Shown here in pieces: positions 29,225-40,003 of a stretch of 64,000 nt of DNA. The stretch's first letter is position 1; each line of letters begins with the position of its first letter. A program made the position numbers and the translations under genes. The stretch comes from Myxococcota bacterium (lineage in GTDB: Bacteria; Myxococcota_A; UBA796; SXON01), in assembly GCA_040386535.1 (NCBI GenBank), contig JAZKFH010000032.1:240710-304709 (forward strand), given 5' to 3'. The notes below the pieces were generated by a model. It saw only the letters and a program-made list of their open reading frames with translations. It was not told the DNA's origin and did no database searches.

Positions 29225-29647
29225 ATGCGCCCCGCCACGGAGCGGGAGACTGCTCCTCGGAAGTTCCCATTGCGACGCGTACTCGTGGTCGATGACAACG
29301 AAGACATCCGGTACCTGATGCAGGTGATCCTGACCGCGGGCGGCTACCACGTCGAGGTGGCGTCGGACGGGGTCGAGGCGATCGCGGCCCAGCAGCGCCA
29401 GGCGTTCGACCTCATCATCACGGACCTGTTCATGCCGCACCAGGACGGCATCGAGACCATCGCGACCCTGAGGAAGAGCTTCCCGGAGGTGCGGGTGATC
29501 GCCGTGTCCGGTGGTGGCCGGCTCCTCGCGTCCACGGGCTACCTCGCGACCGCGCTCGCCATCGGCGCGAACGCGGCGTTGGCGAAGCCGTTCGATCCCG
29601 AGCTGTTGCTGCAGACCGTGCGGAGCGTGTTGGCGGCGCAGCCGTAG
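29225..29647 (+). CDS. Single-domain response regulator
   Basis: VLVVDDN, TDLFMP, AKPFD. Start could be slightly downstream. Confidence 0.88.
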   Translation: MRPATERETAPRKFPLRRVLVVDDNEDIRYLMQVILTAGGYHVEVASDGVEAIAAQQRQAFDLIITDLFMPHQDGIETIATLRKSFPEVRVIAVSGGGRLLASTGYLATALAIGANAALAKPFDPELLLQTVRSVLAAQP

Positions 29648-29665
29648 GCGGCACGCGCCGATCTC

Positions 29666-29678
29666 GATTCGGGAGCAA
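29666..29678 (+). promoter_or_regulatory. Ada-box-like site
   Basis: GAT-N6-GCAA versus the E. coli AAT-N6-GCAA arrangement, about 60 nt upstream of ada. Confidence 0.4.
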
Positions 29679-29738
29679 GAACCGGAGTGTCGGCCCTCCC
29701 CCGAGATGCGAGATTCTCGGCACCCCGGAGCGACGACG

Positions 29739-30842
29739 ATGCCCCCGCACGAGAATGCCGAGACCCTGCCGAGCGCGCACGATCCGCGCTGGACGCAGGT
29801 GGTGGCGCGAGACCGGACCGCGGATGGCACGTTCTGGTACTCGGTGGCGACCACGGGGGTGTACTGCCGGCCATCGTGCGCCGCGCGGACGGCCAACCCG
29901 AAGAACGTCCGGTTCCACCTCTCCACGGCGGACGCGGAGCGGGCCGGCTTCCGCGCGTGCAAGCGCTGCAAGCCCGACCAGGCGCCGCTCGAGGAGCGGT
30001 ACGCGGCCATGGTGGCGGAGACCTGCCGGTCGATCGAGCGAGGCGTCGGCACGGCGCCCCTCGCGGCGCTCGCGGCCGGGGCCGGCATGAGCCCCTCCCA
30101 CTTCCACCGCGTCTTCAAGGCGATCGCCGGCGTTACACCCAAGGCCTACGCGGCCTCCCACCAGGCCCGGCGCGTCCGGAACCAACTCACCCGGAGCAAC
30201 ACCGTGACCGACGCCATCTACGACGCGGGCTTCCACTCCAACGGCCGCTTCTACGAGAAGTCGGACCAGATGCTCGGCATGACACCAACCGCGTTTCGCG
30301 CGGGTGGCGCCGAGGTCACCATCCACTTCGCCGTCGGCGCCTGCTCGTTGGGCGCAATCCTGGTGGCGGCGAGCGCCCGGGGCATCTGCGCCATCCTGCT
30401 CGACGACGAGGCCGAGACGCTCGTGCGCGATCTGCAGGACCGCTTCCCCCGCGCGGAGCTGGTCGGCGGGGACGCGGCGTTCGAACAGTGGGTCGCCCAG
30501 GTGGTCGGGTTCGTCGAGGCGCCGGGCACGGGGCTCGATCTGCCGCTCGACGTGCGCGGCACCACGTTCCAGCAGCGGGTGTGGCAGGCGCTGCGCGAGA
30601 TCCCCGCGGGGTCGACCGCCAGCTACACCGACATCGCGCGGCGCATCGGTGCCCCAAAGTCGGTACGCGCGGTGGCCGCGGCCTGCGCGGCGAACGCCAT
30701 CGCGGTCGCGATTCCCTGCCATCGCGTCGTGAAACGAGATGGGTCGCTGTCCGGCTACCGATGGGGCGTGGAGCGCAAACGCACCCTGCTCGCCCGGGAA
30801 GGCGCCGCGAGCGGGAGCGCCCCCCCGCCCACCGTGCCCTGA
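29739..30842 (+). CDS. ada: Bifunctional Ada regulator / O6-methylguanine-DNA methyltransferase
   Basis: GVYCRPSC...FRACKRC zinc site, AraC-type HTH, IPCHRV active site. Confidence 0.96.
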   Translation: MPPHENAETLPSAHDPRWTQVVARDRTADGTFWYSVATTGVYCRPSCAARTANPKNVRFHLSTADAERAGFRACKRCKPDQAPLEERYAAMVAETCRSIERGVGTAPLAALAAGAGMSPSHFHRVFKAIAGVTPKAYAASHQARRVRNQLTRSNTVTDAIYDAGFHSNGRFYEKSDQMLGMTPTAFRAGGAEVTIHFAVGACSLGAILVAASARGICAILLDDEAETLVRDLQDRFPRAELVGGDAAFEQWVAQVVGFVEAPGTGLDLPLDVRGTTFQQRVWQALREIPAGSTASYTDIARRIGAPKSVRAVAAACAANAIAVAIPCHRVVKRDGSLSGYRWGVERKRTLLAREGAASGSAPPPTVP

Positions 30843-30879
30843 CGAACGGGATACAACGCCGCCGACGCAAGGATCCCTG

Positions 30880-32613
30880 ATGGCGCAATCCACGATCGCA
30901 CGCAGGTCCCCGGCCGGGATTCCAGGGTTCGACGAGATGACCGGAGGCGGTCTTCCACGCGGCCGGGTCACCGCGGTCGTCGGCGGGCCGGGCAGCGGCA
31001 AGACGCTCTTCGGGCTGCAATTCCTCGTCAAGGGCGCGCGGGATCTGGGCGAGCCCGGCATCTTCGTGGCGTTCGAGGAGCGCGCGGACGACGTGGTGGC
31101 GAACGTCTCGGGCTTCGACTGGAACATCGCGGACCTGCGGGGGAACGGGATCGAGGTCATCGACGCCCAGCTCTCCCAGTCCATCGTGACCGGCGGCGCG
31201 TTCGACCTGGTGGGGCTGCTCGCCATGCTCGGCGTGCTGGCGAAGCAGATGGGCGCCAAGCGGGTCGTGTTCGACGGCGTCGACGTGCTGCTCGCCCACC
31301 TCGCCGACTCCGCGCTCGTCCGCTGCGAGGTGTACCGGATCCGGGAGTGGCTCGCGGAGACCGGGCTGACCGGCATCATCACCGCCAAGGGCGACTCGAT
31401 GGAGGGCCGCCTCGCCTCCGACTACGAGTTCCTCCAGTTCATCGCCGACTGCGTCGTGTACCTGCCGCTCCGCGTGGTCGACGGCACCGCCGTCCGCTTC
31501 CTGCGCATCGCGAAGTACCGGGGCTGCGCGCACTCCCCCAACGAGATCCCGTTCAACATCACCAGCGCAGGCTTCGAGCTCGCTGGCATGGGCATCGTCG
31601 AGCTCGACCATCCCGCCTACTCGGACCGGGTGTCCTCCGGCGTCGAACGCCTCGACACGATGCTCGGTGGCGGGTATTTCCGCGGCAGCTCGGTGCTCAT
31701 CTCCGGGGCGCCCGGCACGGCGAAGACCAGCCTCGCGATCTCGTTCGTCGACGCCGCGTGCAAACGCGGGGAGACCGCGCTCTTCGTGAGCTTCGACGAG
31801 GCGCCCGATCAGATCATCCGCAACGTCCTGTCGATCGGCATCGATCTCGCGCCCCAGGTGGCGGCCGGCCGGCTCCGCATCTGCTCCATGCGCACGATGG
31901 CGGCCGACCCGGAGGCGCACGTCTCGCGCATCCGCGCGCTGCTCACCGAACACGCGGCGACCTACCTCGTGATCGACCCGCTCTCCGCGCTCACGCGGAC
32001 CGGCGATGACTCCGTGGCCGAGCGCGCCGGCATCTCGATCCTCGACTACGTCAAGCGCCGCGGGATCACGGTGCTCAGCACCTCGCTGCTCGGCAACCGG
32101 AACCCGATGTCGGAGCAGACGCCGATGGCGGTGTCGACCATCGCGGACACCTGGATGCACGTCTCCTACGTGAACCAAGGCGGCGAGCGCAACCGCGCGC
32201 TCACCATCATCAAGTCGCGCGGCACGGACCACTCCAACCAGGTGCGTGAGCTCGTGCTCTCGCCCGAGGGCGTGAACCTGGCCGACGTGTACCCCGTCGG
32301 CGGCGAGGTCCTCATGGGCACGCTGCGGTGGCAGGAGGAGATCAAGGCCCACCGCGACCAGACCGCCGCGCTCTACGAGGCCGAGCTCCGCGAGAAGAGC
32401 GCCGAGCTCGCCCTCGCCGAGACCGTGGCCCGGGCGGGCACGCTGGCCCAGGAGCAGCTGGTGCGGGTCGCCGAGCTGGAGCGCGTGCGCTCGGAGAAAC
32501 GTGCCGAGGCCGAACGCCTCGGCCGGACCCAGGCGGGCGTGCTGGCCCGTCGCGGCGCCGACCCCGCGGACGGCTCCCCGTCGAGCCCCTCCCCCACGGG
32601 AGGCTCCAAGTGA
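30880..32613 (+). CDS. kaiC: KaiC-family double RecA-like ATPase with C-terminal coiled extension
   Basis: GGPGSGKT and FEE (CI), GAPGTAKT and FDE (CII), KYRG/KSRG fingers, VSTIADT phosphosite region. Confidence 0.93.
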   Translation: MAQSTIARRSPAGIPGFDEMTGGGLPRGRVTAVVGGPGSGKTLFGLQFLVKGARDLGEPGIFVAFEERADDVVANVSGFDWNIADLRGNGIEVIDAQLSQSIVTGGAFDLVGLLAMLGVLAKQMGAKRVVFDGVDVLLAHLADSALVRCEVYRIREWLAETGLTGIITAKGDSMEGRLASDYEFLQFIADCVVYLPLRVVDGTAVRFLRIAKYRGCAHSPNEIPFNITSAGFELAGMGIVELDHPAYSDRVSSGVERLDTMLGGGYFRGSSVLISGAPGTAKTSLAISFVDAACKRGETALFVSFDEAPDQIIRNVLSIGIDLAPQVAAGRLRICSMRTMAADPEAHVSRIRALLTEHAATYLVIDPLSALTRTGDDSVAERAGISILDYVKRRGITVLSTSLLGNRNPMSEQTPMAVSTIADTWMHVSYVNQGGERNRALTIIKSRGTDHSNQVRELVLSPEGVNLADVYPVGGEVLMGTLRWQEEIKAHRDQTAALYEAELREKSAELALAETVARAGTLAQEQLVRVAELERVRSEKRAEAERLGRTQAGVLARRGADPADGSPSSPSPTGGSK

Positions 32614-32900
32614 CCGGCCCCTTGGGAGAAGGCGTCCCCCTCAAGCTCTGTCTCTACATCGCCGGCGACTGGCCGAACTCGCAGCGCGCGCTCACCAACC
32701 TGCGCGAGATGCTGGTCGGTCGGGACGTCGAGCTGGAGGTCGTCGATTGCCTCGAGGACCCGCGCCGGGGCCTGCGGGACGGGATCTTCGTCACGCCCAC
32801 CCTGGTGAAGCTCTCCCCGCTGCCGCTCCGCACCATCCTCGGTGACCTCCGCAATCGCGACAGCGTGCTCGAGGCGCTGCTGAGCGCGACCGTTCCCTGA
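32610..32900 (+). CDS. kaiB: KaiB-family protein
   Basis: LCLYIAG..PNSQRALTNL...LEVVD...TPTLVKLSPLPLRTILGDL. GTGA overlap with kaiC. Confidence 0.92.
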   Translation: MTGPLGEGVPLKLCLYIAGDWPNSQRALTNLREMLVGRDVELEVVDCLEDPRRGLRDGIFVTPTLVKLSPLPLRTILGDLRNRDSVLEALLSATVP

Positions 32901-32954
32901 CGCGAGGCGCGCGGCCCCCGCCAGGCGGGGTTCCGCAACCACCGCGAGGGCCAC

Positions 32955-33428
32955 ATGGGCGACGCTGAGACCACGCTCGTGGTCCAGTTCGACATGGACG
33001 GGCACCGGTTCGGCCTCTACGCGTGCGACGTGGTCGAGATCCTGCGCGCCGCGACGCCGTCCCCCCTGCCCGGCGCGCCGGCGGTGGTGTCCGGCCTCCT
33101 GAACGTCCGCGGAGCGCTGATGCCGGTGTACGACGTTCGCTCGCGGTTCCGTTTGCAGGCGCGGCCGATGCGCGCCACCGATCACCTCATCGTGGCCCAG
33201 ATCGGTCGGACGGTGGCGTTCGTCGTCGATCAGGTCCACGCGCTGGTGGCGGTCCCCACGGCGGATATCGCCGCCGCCCAGGCGCTCCCCGCGCCGTCCG
33301 CGGGCGTCTCGGGGGTGGCGCGCCTCGCGGACGGCCTGGTCGTGATCGTGGACTTGAGGGGCTTCCTGTCCGAGGCGGAGTCGGCGCAGCTCGACGCGGC
33401 GCTCGGGCAGCCCGGCGGCGGGTCTTGA
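32955..33428 (+). CDS. cheW: CheW adaptor (WspB-like position)
   Basis: PLPGAP...GLLNVRGALMPVYD. Confidence 0.9.
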   Translation: MGDAETTLVVQFDMDGHRFGLYACDVVEILRAATPSPLPGAPAVVSGLLNVRGALMPVYDVRSRFRLQARPMRATDHLIVAQIGRTVAFVVDQVHALVAVPTADIAAAQALPAPSAGVSGVARLADGLVVIVDLRGFLSEAESAQLDAALGQPGGGS

Positions 33429-34714
33429 CCGACTGGGAGCCGCTGCTCCACCGGCTGCGCGACCGGACCGGGTTCGCGCTCGGCCCCGAGCGGATGCCGG
33501 AGGTGAAGGCCGCCACGACACGCGCGATGGCGCGGGCCGGGATCGCGGACCTGCCGACGTGGCTGGTAGAGCTGGACGCCGGGCGTGCCCCCATGGCCGC
33601 GCTCATCGACGACCTCATGGTCGGCGAGACCTACTTCTTCCGCGAGCCCGAGCAGCTCGCCCTGCTCGACGACGTGCTGCCGGGCATCCCCACGCCGATC
33701 TCGTTGTGGAGCGCCGGCTGCGCGTCGGGAGAGGAGGCATACTCGCTCGCCATCATCGCGCGGGAGCTCGGCGTGTCCGAGCGGACGCGGATCCGCGGCA
33801 CCGACATCTCCGGGGCCTCCCTCCAGAAGGCACGCCGGGCCCGGTACGAGGACTGGTCGCTGCGGGGGCCCTCCGCGATGCGCGCGCGGATGTGGATGAC
33901 GTCCGACCACCGCCCGACGCGCCCCGCCTACACGCTCGACCCGCGCATCCGCAACGCCGTGACGTTCGAGCACCTGAACCTCGTCAGCGATCCGTACCCG
34001 CCGCAGCAGGACGTGATCTTCTGCCGCAACGTCTTCATCTACCTCAAGCCCGACGTGTACACGGCGATCGCACAGCGGTTCTACGAGGTGCTGGTCGACG
34101 GGGGTTGGCTGGTGCTCGCCTCCTCCGATCCGCCGCTGGGGCCGCCGTTCGTGTCGGTGCGGACCGACCACGGCGTGATGTACCGGCGCCTCGCGGCCGT
34201 CGCGTCGCCCGAGGCTCGCCGACCGGCCACCCCACTTCCCGCCGTCGGTCGACGCGAAACTCCTCGGCCGGCCCCCGGTTCGGCGCCGGCCGCCACGCCC
34301 GGCGTCCCCGCCCCCGCCCCCGCCGCCGATCCCGTCGCGATCGTCAAGGCGCTCGCCGACCAGGGGAAGGTGGTGGAGGCCGAGCGCGAAGCGGCCGACG
34401 CATGTCGTGGGGCGGGGATGGACCCCGAGCTGCACTACCTGCACGCGGTGCTCCTCGTCGAGCTCGGCCGCGCTCCGGAGGCGCTCGAGAGCCTGCGGCG
34501 CGTGTCCTACCTCGACCCGGGGTTCGTGATGGCCTGGATGACCCTCGGCACCACGCTCCGCGCCACGGGCGACACCGAAGGGGCCCGGCGCGCGTTCCGG
34601 AGCGCGCAGCGGTTGTGTGCACGGCTCCCGCCGGACGCGCCGATCCCGATGGCGGACGGAGCCACGGCGACTTACCTCGGACGCATCGCCGCGAGGGAGG
34701 AGTCACGCCCTTGA
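33425..34714 (+). CDS. cheR: CheR methyltransferase with C-terminal TPR (WspC/FrzF-like)
   Basis: TTG start overlapping the cheW stop. ETYFFRE, WSAGCASGEE, DVIFCRNVFIY, Pro-rich linker, TPR ending RRVSYLDP. Confidence 0.9.
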   Translation: MTDWEPLLHRLRDRTGFALGPERMPEVKAATTRAMARAGIADLPTWLVELDAGRAPMAALIDDLMVGETYFFREPEQLALLDDVLPGIPTPISLWSAGCASGEEAYSLAIIARELGVSERTRIRGTDISGASLQKARRARYEDWSLRGPSAMRARMWMTSDHRPTRPAYTLDPRIRNAVTFEHLNLVSDPYPPQQDVIFCRNVFIYLKPDVYTAIAQRFYEVLVDGGWLVLASSDPPLGPPFVSVRTDHGVMYRRLAAVASPEARRPATPLPAVGRRETPRPAPGSAPAATPGVPAPAPAADPVAIVKALADQGKVVEAEREAADACRGAGMDPELHYLHAVLLVELGRAPEALESLRRVSYLDPGFVMAWMTLGTTLRATGDTEGARRAFRSAQRLCARLPPDAPIPMADGATATYLGRIAAREESRP

Positions 34715-35187
34715 CGGACGAACGCCAGATCCTGGACGAACGCGCCCGCCGGCTCGCGCGGCCCCTCCAGGCCACCGTGCAGGACATCGGCGCCGAGATG
34801 TTGTTCTTCTCCCTGGGAGACGAGCAGCTCGCGATCGAGGTGCGGTACGTCGTCGCGATCGTGCCGCTCCCCGACATCGCGCCGGTGCCCGATCTCCCGC
34901 CCGTGTTCCTCGGCGTCGTGAACCACGCCGGCGAGATCTTCCCCGTGGTGGACCTGCGGGTGCTCACCAGCGGCCGCCCCACCGGGGACCGGGCGAAGCT
35001 CCTCGTGATCCTGGGCGAGCAGCGCCGGGAGCTCGGGATCGTGGTCACCGAGGCCGAGAGCATCGCGGCGGTGACCGGGGCGCTCCCGTTCGGCGATTCC
35101 CCGCTCATCCGCGGCATCCTCGACGGGCAACGGGTACTGGTCGATGGCGACGCGCTCTTGCGCGATCCACGCCTGTTCTTGACTTGA
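34711..35187 (+). CDS. cheW: CheW adaptor (WspD-like)
   Basis: [12 protein letters not shown] leader, PVPDLP...[15 protein letters not shown]. Confidence 0.88.
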   Translation: MTDERQILDERARRLARPLQATVQDIGAEMLFFSLGDEQLAIEVRYVVAIVPLPDIAPVPDLPPVFLGVVNHAGEIFPVVDLRVLTSGRPTGDRAKLLVILGEQRRELGIVVTEAESIAAVTGALPFGDSPLIRGILDGQRVLVDGDALLRDPRLFLT

Positions 35188-35209
35188 CAACCGACAGAAA
35201 GGGGGCCCC

Positions 35210-36868
35210 ATGCGGCTGACGATTGGGCGCCGAATCGGGGGACTCGTCCTCTTTCTCCTGGTGATCCTGGGCCTTAGCGCCCTGGTCTCCTACACCAGCA
35301 TGGCGGGCGTGGTCGACGCGACGAAGGCGCGCAAGCAGTCCTTCCAGATCCGGCTCCAGCTCGACGCGTTGCTCGCCCAGCTGGTGAACGCCGAGACCGG
35401 GCAGCGCGGGTTCGTCATCACCGGGGAGGACGCCTACCTCGAGCCCTACCTGCTGGCGGTGCCCGCCCTCGAGGCGAACCTCCGGTCGCTCGGCACGCTG
35501 ACCGCGCAAGACGCCGAGCAGCAGGGCAGCCTGCTGCGCATCGAGCCGCTCATCACGGTGCGGCTCGCGGAGCTCGAGGGCACCATCGAGACCCGCCGGG
35601 AGAGGGGATTCGAGGCCGCACAGGCCGAGCTCTTCACCGACCAGGGCAAGACGACGATGGACGCCGTCCGGGAGATCCTCACGCGGATGAGCGAGCACGA
35701 GACACGCGTGCTCGAGGATCGCTCGGCCAAGGCCGAAGCGAGCATCGAGGTGGCGAGGGTCACGCCGATCGTCGCGGGTGTGCTGGCGCTCATCCTGGGA
35801 GGGATCGCCACCTACGTCGTGTCGCGGTCCATCACGCAGCCGCTGGCGGCGCTCCTCGCCGGGACGGAGCGGATCGGCTCGGGCGATCTCGACCAGCGCA
35901 TCACGGTCTCCGGGCACGACGAGACCACCGACCTCGCCATGGCCTTCAACGGCATGGCCGTGCGGCTCAAGGAGGGCGACGGGCGGGCGCGGGCGCAATC
36001 CGCGCAGCGCGAGCACGTGCTCACCGCGGTCACCGAGACCGTGCAGCAGCTGGCGGCCGCGTCCCAGGAGCTGCTCGCCGGGGCGACCCAGCAGGCGGCC
36101 GGCATGCAGCAGCAGGCGGCCGCGGTCGCGGAGACCGTGACGGTGGTGGACGAGGTCACCCACACCGCGACCCAGGCCGCCGACCGCGCGAAGTTCGTGG
36201 CGAGCTCGGCACGTCGCTCCGAGGAGGTGGCGATCTCCGGAAAGCGCGCGGTGGACGACACCGTGGCGGCCATCACCCAGGCCAAGGTGCAGGCGGACTC
36301 GGTCGCCGGCAACATCGCCTCGCTCGCGGGCCAGACCCAGGCGATCGGCGAGATCGTCGCCCTGATCACCGACATCGCGGAGCAGACCAACCTGCTCGCG
36401 CTCAACGCCGCCATCGAGGCCTCCCGCGCCGGCGAACACGGGCGCGGGTTCTCGGTCGTCGCGACCGAGGTCAAGGCGCTCGCCGAGGAGTCCAAGCAGG
36501 CGACCCGCCGGGTCCGGCAGATCCTCGGCGACATCCAGAAGATGGCCAATACCGCCGTGTTGTCGACCGAGGAGGGCGCGCGGGGCATGACGACGGCCAC
36601 GCGGCAGGCGGACACCGCCGGCCAGACCATCGAGTCGCTCGGGAGCGTGATCGCCGAGGTGGCGGAGGCCGCCTCCCAGATCGCGGCGTCCGCCGGCCAG
36701 CAGGCGACCGGCCTCACGCAGATCCACCAGGCGATGCGGGACATCAAGCACGTGAGCACGCAAAACCTCGCGGCCACCCACCAGGCGCAGCGGGCCGCGA
36801 GTGATCTCGCGACGCTGGGTACGAACTTGAAGGCGCTGCTCGCCGCTTCCCCGCAACTCGATGGATGA
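35210..36868 (+). CDS. Transmembrane chemoreceptor with CHASE3 sensor and HAMP
   Basis: TM1, [12 protein letters not shown]...YLEPY (CHASE3), TM2, [17 protein letters not shown]. Confidence 0.93.
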   Translation: MRLTIGRRIGGLVLFLLVILGLSALVSYTSMAGVVDATKARKQSFQIRLQLDALLAQLVNAETGQRGFVITGEDAYLEPYLLAVPALEANLRSLGTLTAQDAEQQGSLLRIEPLITVRLAELEGTIETRRERGFEAAQAELFTDQGKTTMDAVREILTRMSEHETRVLEDRSAKAEASIEVARVTPIVAGVLALILGGIATYVVSRSITQPLAALLAGTERIGSGDLDQRITVSGHDETTDLAMAFNGMAVRLKEGDGRARAQSAQREHVLTAVTETVQQLAAASQELLAGATQQAAGMQQQAAAVAETVTVVDEVTHTATQAADRAKFVASSARRSEEVAISGKRAVDDTVAAITQAKVQADSVAGNIASLAGQTQAIGEIVALITDIAEQTNLLALNAAIEASRAGEHGRGFSVVATEVKALAEESKQATRRVRQILGDIQKMANTAVLSTEEGARGMTTATRQADTAGQTIESLGSVIAEVAEAASQIAASAGQQATGLTQIHQAMRDIKHVSTQNLAATHQAQRAASDLATLGTNLKALLAASPQLDG

Positions 36869-38909
36869 GCGTCTCGCGGAGGAGCTCCGCGGGCTGTTCG
36901 TCGCCGAGCTCGAGGAGCATGTCGCCTCGATGAACCGTGAGCTGTTGGCGCTGGAACGCGCGCCGGCCTCCGAGCGGACCGCGCCCATCCAGGCGCTGTC
37001 CCGCACGATCCACACCGTGAAGGGCGCGGCGCGGGCCGCGAGCGTGCCGATGATCGAGCAGGCGAGCCACCGGCTGGAAGATCTGCTCGCCGGGCTGGTC
37101 GCCGGGCGCGTGCCCGCCTCTCCCGACTTCTTCGCGTTGTGGTTCGCGGCGACCGACGCGCTGGCCGACCTGGGGGAGCGCCTCGCGGCGGGCCGTTCGT
37201 GGGAGGACGCGCCGCTCCAGGCGTTGATCCCCCAGATCGCCGTTGCCGCCGGGCACGTCGAGAGCGAGCCCGCGGGGGTGGAAGAGTCGACATCGTCGGG
37301 CACCTCGACCGTGGCGCCCTTGCGGGTCGCGGCGGAGAAGGTCGATCTGCTCCTGGCGCGATCGGGAGAGCTGCTGGTGGCGATGCGCCGCCTCGACGCG
37401 GTGGCCGCCGATCTCGAGCGCGCCGGCGTGTGGACCGGCGCGGTGCAGGCCGATCGTCGCGCCGTCACGACCGCGGCGGAGGCCCTCGACGAGGTCATCC
37501 GGCGGCTGCGGATGATCCCCTTCCGCGAAGGCATCGCGCACCTCGACCGCGCCGCGCGGGACGTGGCGGCGTCGAGCGGCAAGGACGTGGCGCTGGTCAT
37601 CGTCGGGGGCGATCTCGAGGTCGACCGCGCCGTGTTGGACGCCATCCGTGATCCGATGCTGCACCTCGTGCGCAACGCGGTCGACCACGGGCTCGAGGAG
37701 CCGGCCGTGCGCCTCGCCGCCGGCAAGCCCGCGCAGGGCACGGTGACGATCACGGCCTCGCTCGGCGGCGCCGACGTGCTGGTCACCGTGGCGGACGACG
37801 GCCGCGGCATCGATCCGAACGCGATCCGGGCGCAGCTCCAGCGGCGCGGAATGCCGGAGCCGGCGGACGAGCACGAGCTGATCCGGAGCGTGTTCGCCCC
37901 GGGCTTCTCCACCGCGCGGATGGTGACCGACCTGTCCGGCCGCGGTGTCGGCCTCGACATCGTGCGCACCGCCGTCGAGGAGCTCCGCGGCTCGATCGAC
38001 GTGTCGATCGGCGCAGGGACGACCTTCTCGCTGCGTGTGCCGCTCACGTTGTCGACGTTGCGGGTGCTCGAGGTCACCGCCGCGGGGCACACCTACGTGA
38101 TCCCGGCGTCCGCCGTGAAGGTGCTCCTCCGCATTGGAGATCAGGACGTGCACGAGGTGCGTGGCATCGCCACGATCGCGTTGGACGGCCATCCCGTGCC
38201 GCTGGTGCCCCTCACGAGTCTGCTCGGGCTCCCGACGGCGAGCCCGTTGGCCGGCGGCAAGGTGCCGGTGGTGGTCCTGACCCACGGCACGGACGTGGCG
38301 CTCGTCGTCGACACGCTCACCTCCGAGGGCGAGGTCATGGTCAAGGGCCTCGGGCATCGTCTCCGTGGAACCGGGGGGGGCACCGGCGGGACCACGCCCG
38401 CCCGCGGCCGGGTCGTCTCGGGCGCGACCATCCTCGCCAACGGCCGCGTCGCCTTGATCCTGGACGTGCCTGAGATCGTCGCGCGAGCGCGGCACGGCGG
38501 CAGCACCATCGGCGCGATCGTCGCCGGCAAGGACACCGCGCCGAAGCGCCGCGTTCTGTTGTGTGACGACTCGATCACCACCCGGAGCCTCGAGCGGAGC
38601 ATCCTCGAAGGCGCCGGCTACACCGTGTTCGTCGGGGTCGACGGCGCGGACGCGTGGCGCCTGCTCCAGGAGACGCCCAACATCGACGTCGTGGTCTCCG
38701 ACGTCGAGATGCCGCGGATGGACGGCTTCCAGCTCACCGAGACAATCCGGGCCTCGCCCCGGTTCCAGCACCTCCCCGTGATCCTCGTCACCGGCCTCGC
38801 CAAACCCGAGCACCGCGCCCGCGGGCTCGCGGTCGGCGCGAGCGCCTACCTCGTGAAGAGTGACTTCGATCAGCAGCAACTCCTCGACACCATCGAGCAG
38901 ATCACATGA
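36861..38909 (+). CDS. cheA: Hybrid CheA-REC kinase (WspE-like)
   Basis: [26 protein letters not shown]-terminal DDS...SDVEMP...K. Confidence 0.93.
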   Translation: MDERLAEELRGLFVAELEEHVASMNRELLALERAPASERTAPIQALSRTIHTVKGAARAASVPMIEQASHRLEDLLAGLVAGRVPASPDFFALWFAATDALADLGERLAAGRSWEDAPLQALIPQIAVAAGHVESEPAGVEESTSSGTSTVAPLRVAAEKVDLLLARSGELLVAMRRLDAVAADLERAGVWTGAVQADRRAVTTAAEALDEVIRRLRMIPFREGIAHLDRAARDVAASSGKDVALVIVGGDLEVDRAVLDAIRDPMLHLVRNAVDHGLEEPAVRLAAGKPAQGTVTITASLGGADVLVTVADDGRGIDPNAIRAQLQRRGMPEPADEHELIRSVFAPGFSTARMVTDLSGRGVGLDIVRTAVEELRGSIDVSIGAGTTFSLRVPLTLSTLRVLEVTAAGHTYVIPASAVKVLLRIGDQDVHEVRGIATIALDGHPVPLVPLTSLLGLPTASPLAGGKVPVVVLTHGTDVALVVDTLTSEGEVMVKGLGHRLRGTGGGTGGTTPARGRVVSGATILANGRVALILDVPEIVARARHGGSTIGAIVAGKDTAPKRRVLLCDDSITTRSLERSILEGAGYTVFVGVDGADAWRLLQETPNIDVVVSDVEMPRMDGFQLTETIRASPRFQHLPVILVTGLAKPEHRARGLAVGASAYLVKSDFDQQQLLDTIEQIT

Positions 38910-39949
38910 GCGCGTTCAACATCCGGGTCCTCGTGGCGGACGACTCCCCCACGGCTCGGGCCCTCCTCGTCGGCATGTTGTCGGCGTCCAGCGGGATCGA
39001 GGTGATCGGCCAGGCGAAAGACGGCGCCGAAGCCGTGGAGATGACCGCCCGGCTCAAACCGGACCTGGTCACCATGGACATCGAGATGCCCGTCATGAAC
39101 GGGTTCGACGCGACGCGCCGGATCATGAGCGAGTGCCCGACGCCGATCGTGCTGGTGTCGTCCCTGGACGTGCGGAGCGTCGAGATCTCGATGGAGGCGC
39201 TCCGCGCCGGCGCGCTCGAGGTCATCCCCAAGCCGGTCGGCCCCACGTCGCCCGGCCACGCCGAGCAGGCGCGGTACCTCGCCGCCACGGTGCGGGCGAT
39301 GTCGGACGTGCGGCTCGTCCGCCGCTGGTCGACCGTCGCGCCCTACAAGGACCCGGAGCCCGCGCCGCAGGCCGTGACCCAGACCGCCAGGATCGTCGCG
39401 ATCGCCGCGTCGACCGGCGGCCCGGTGGCGCTCCACAAGCTCCTCGGCGATCTCCCCGTCACCTTCGCCGTCCCGATCCTCATCGTGCAGCACATGGCGA
39501 CGGGGTTCGGAGACGGCTTCGCCACCTGGCTCGACGGCAGCGTGCCGATGCCGGTGAAGGTCGCCCGGCTCGGCGAGCCGCTCCTCCCCGGAGTGGCCTA
39601 CCTCGCGCCGGACGGCAAGCACCTCGGCGTGTCCGAGCGCTCGACCGTCGCCTTGTCCGACGCGCCGCCGGTGGGCGGCTTCCGCCCGGCCGGGACCTAC
39701 CTGTTCCAGTCCGTCGGCCGGGTGTACGGGACCGGCGCGCTCGGCGTCATCCTCACCGGGATGGGCAGCGACGGCCTGGAGGGCCTGCGGACCCTCAAGG
39801 CCGCTGGCGGCTACGTGATCGCCCAGGACGAGGCGACCTCGGAGATCTTCGGCATGCCCGGCGTGGTCGTCGAAGCGGGCATCGCCGACCGGGTGTTGCC
39901 GCTGCCCCGCATCGGCGAACACCTCGTGCGGCGCACCACCAAGGCCTGA
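38906..39949 (+). CDS. cheB: CheB methylesterase (WspF-like)
   Basis: VADDS, AASTGG, VQHM, LTGMGSDG. Confidence 0.93.
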   Translation: MSAFNIRVLVADDSPTARALLVGMLSASSGIEVIGQAKDGAEAVEMTARLKPDLVTMDIEMPVMNGFDATRRIMSECPTPIVLVSSLDVRSVEISMEALRAGALEVIPKPVGPTSPGHAEQARYLAATVRAMSDVRLVRRWSTVAPYKDPEPAPQAVTQTARIVAIAASTGGPVALHKLLGDLPVTFAVPILIVQHMATGFGDGFATWLDGSVPMPVKVARLGEPLLPGVAYLAPDGKHLGVSERSTVALSDAPPVGGFRPAGTYLFQSVGRVYGTGALGVILTGMGSDGLEGLRTLKAAGGYVIAQDEATSEIFGMPGVVVEAGIADRVLPLPRIGEHLVRRTTKA

Positions 39950-39954
39950 CCCCT

Positions 39955-40002
39955 CGGAACGGCGCCGGCTCTGAACGGCGCGGGCCCTGAACGGGGCGGG
40001 CC
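39955..40002. repeat. Three imperfect 16-bp tandem repeats between convergent genes
   Basis: cggaacggcgccggct / ctgaacggcgcgggcc / ctgaacggggcgggcc. Confidence 0.75.
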
Positions 40003-40003
40003 C

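Noticed and set aside
30880..32900. A true circadian clock
   Set aside because: No kaiA in the window; KaiBC homologs in non-cyanobacteria often do other signalling, and sequence alone cannot show oscillation.
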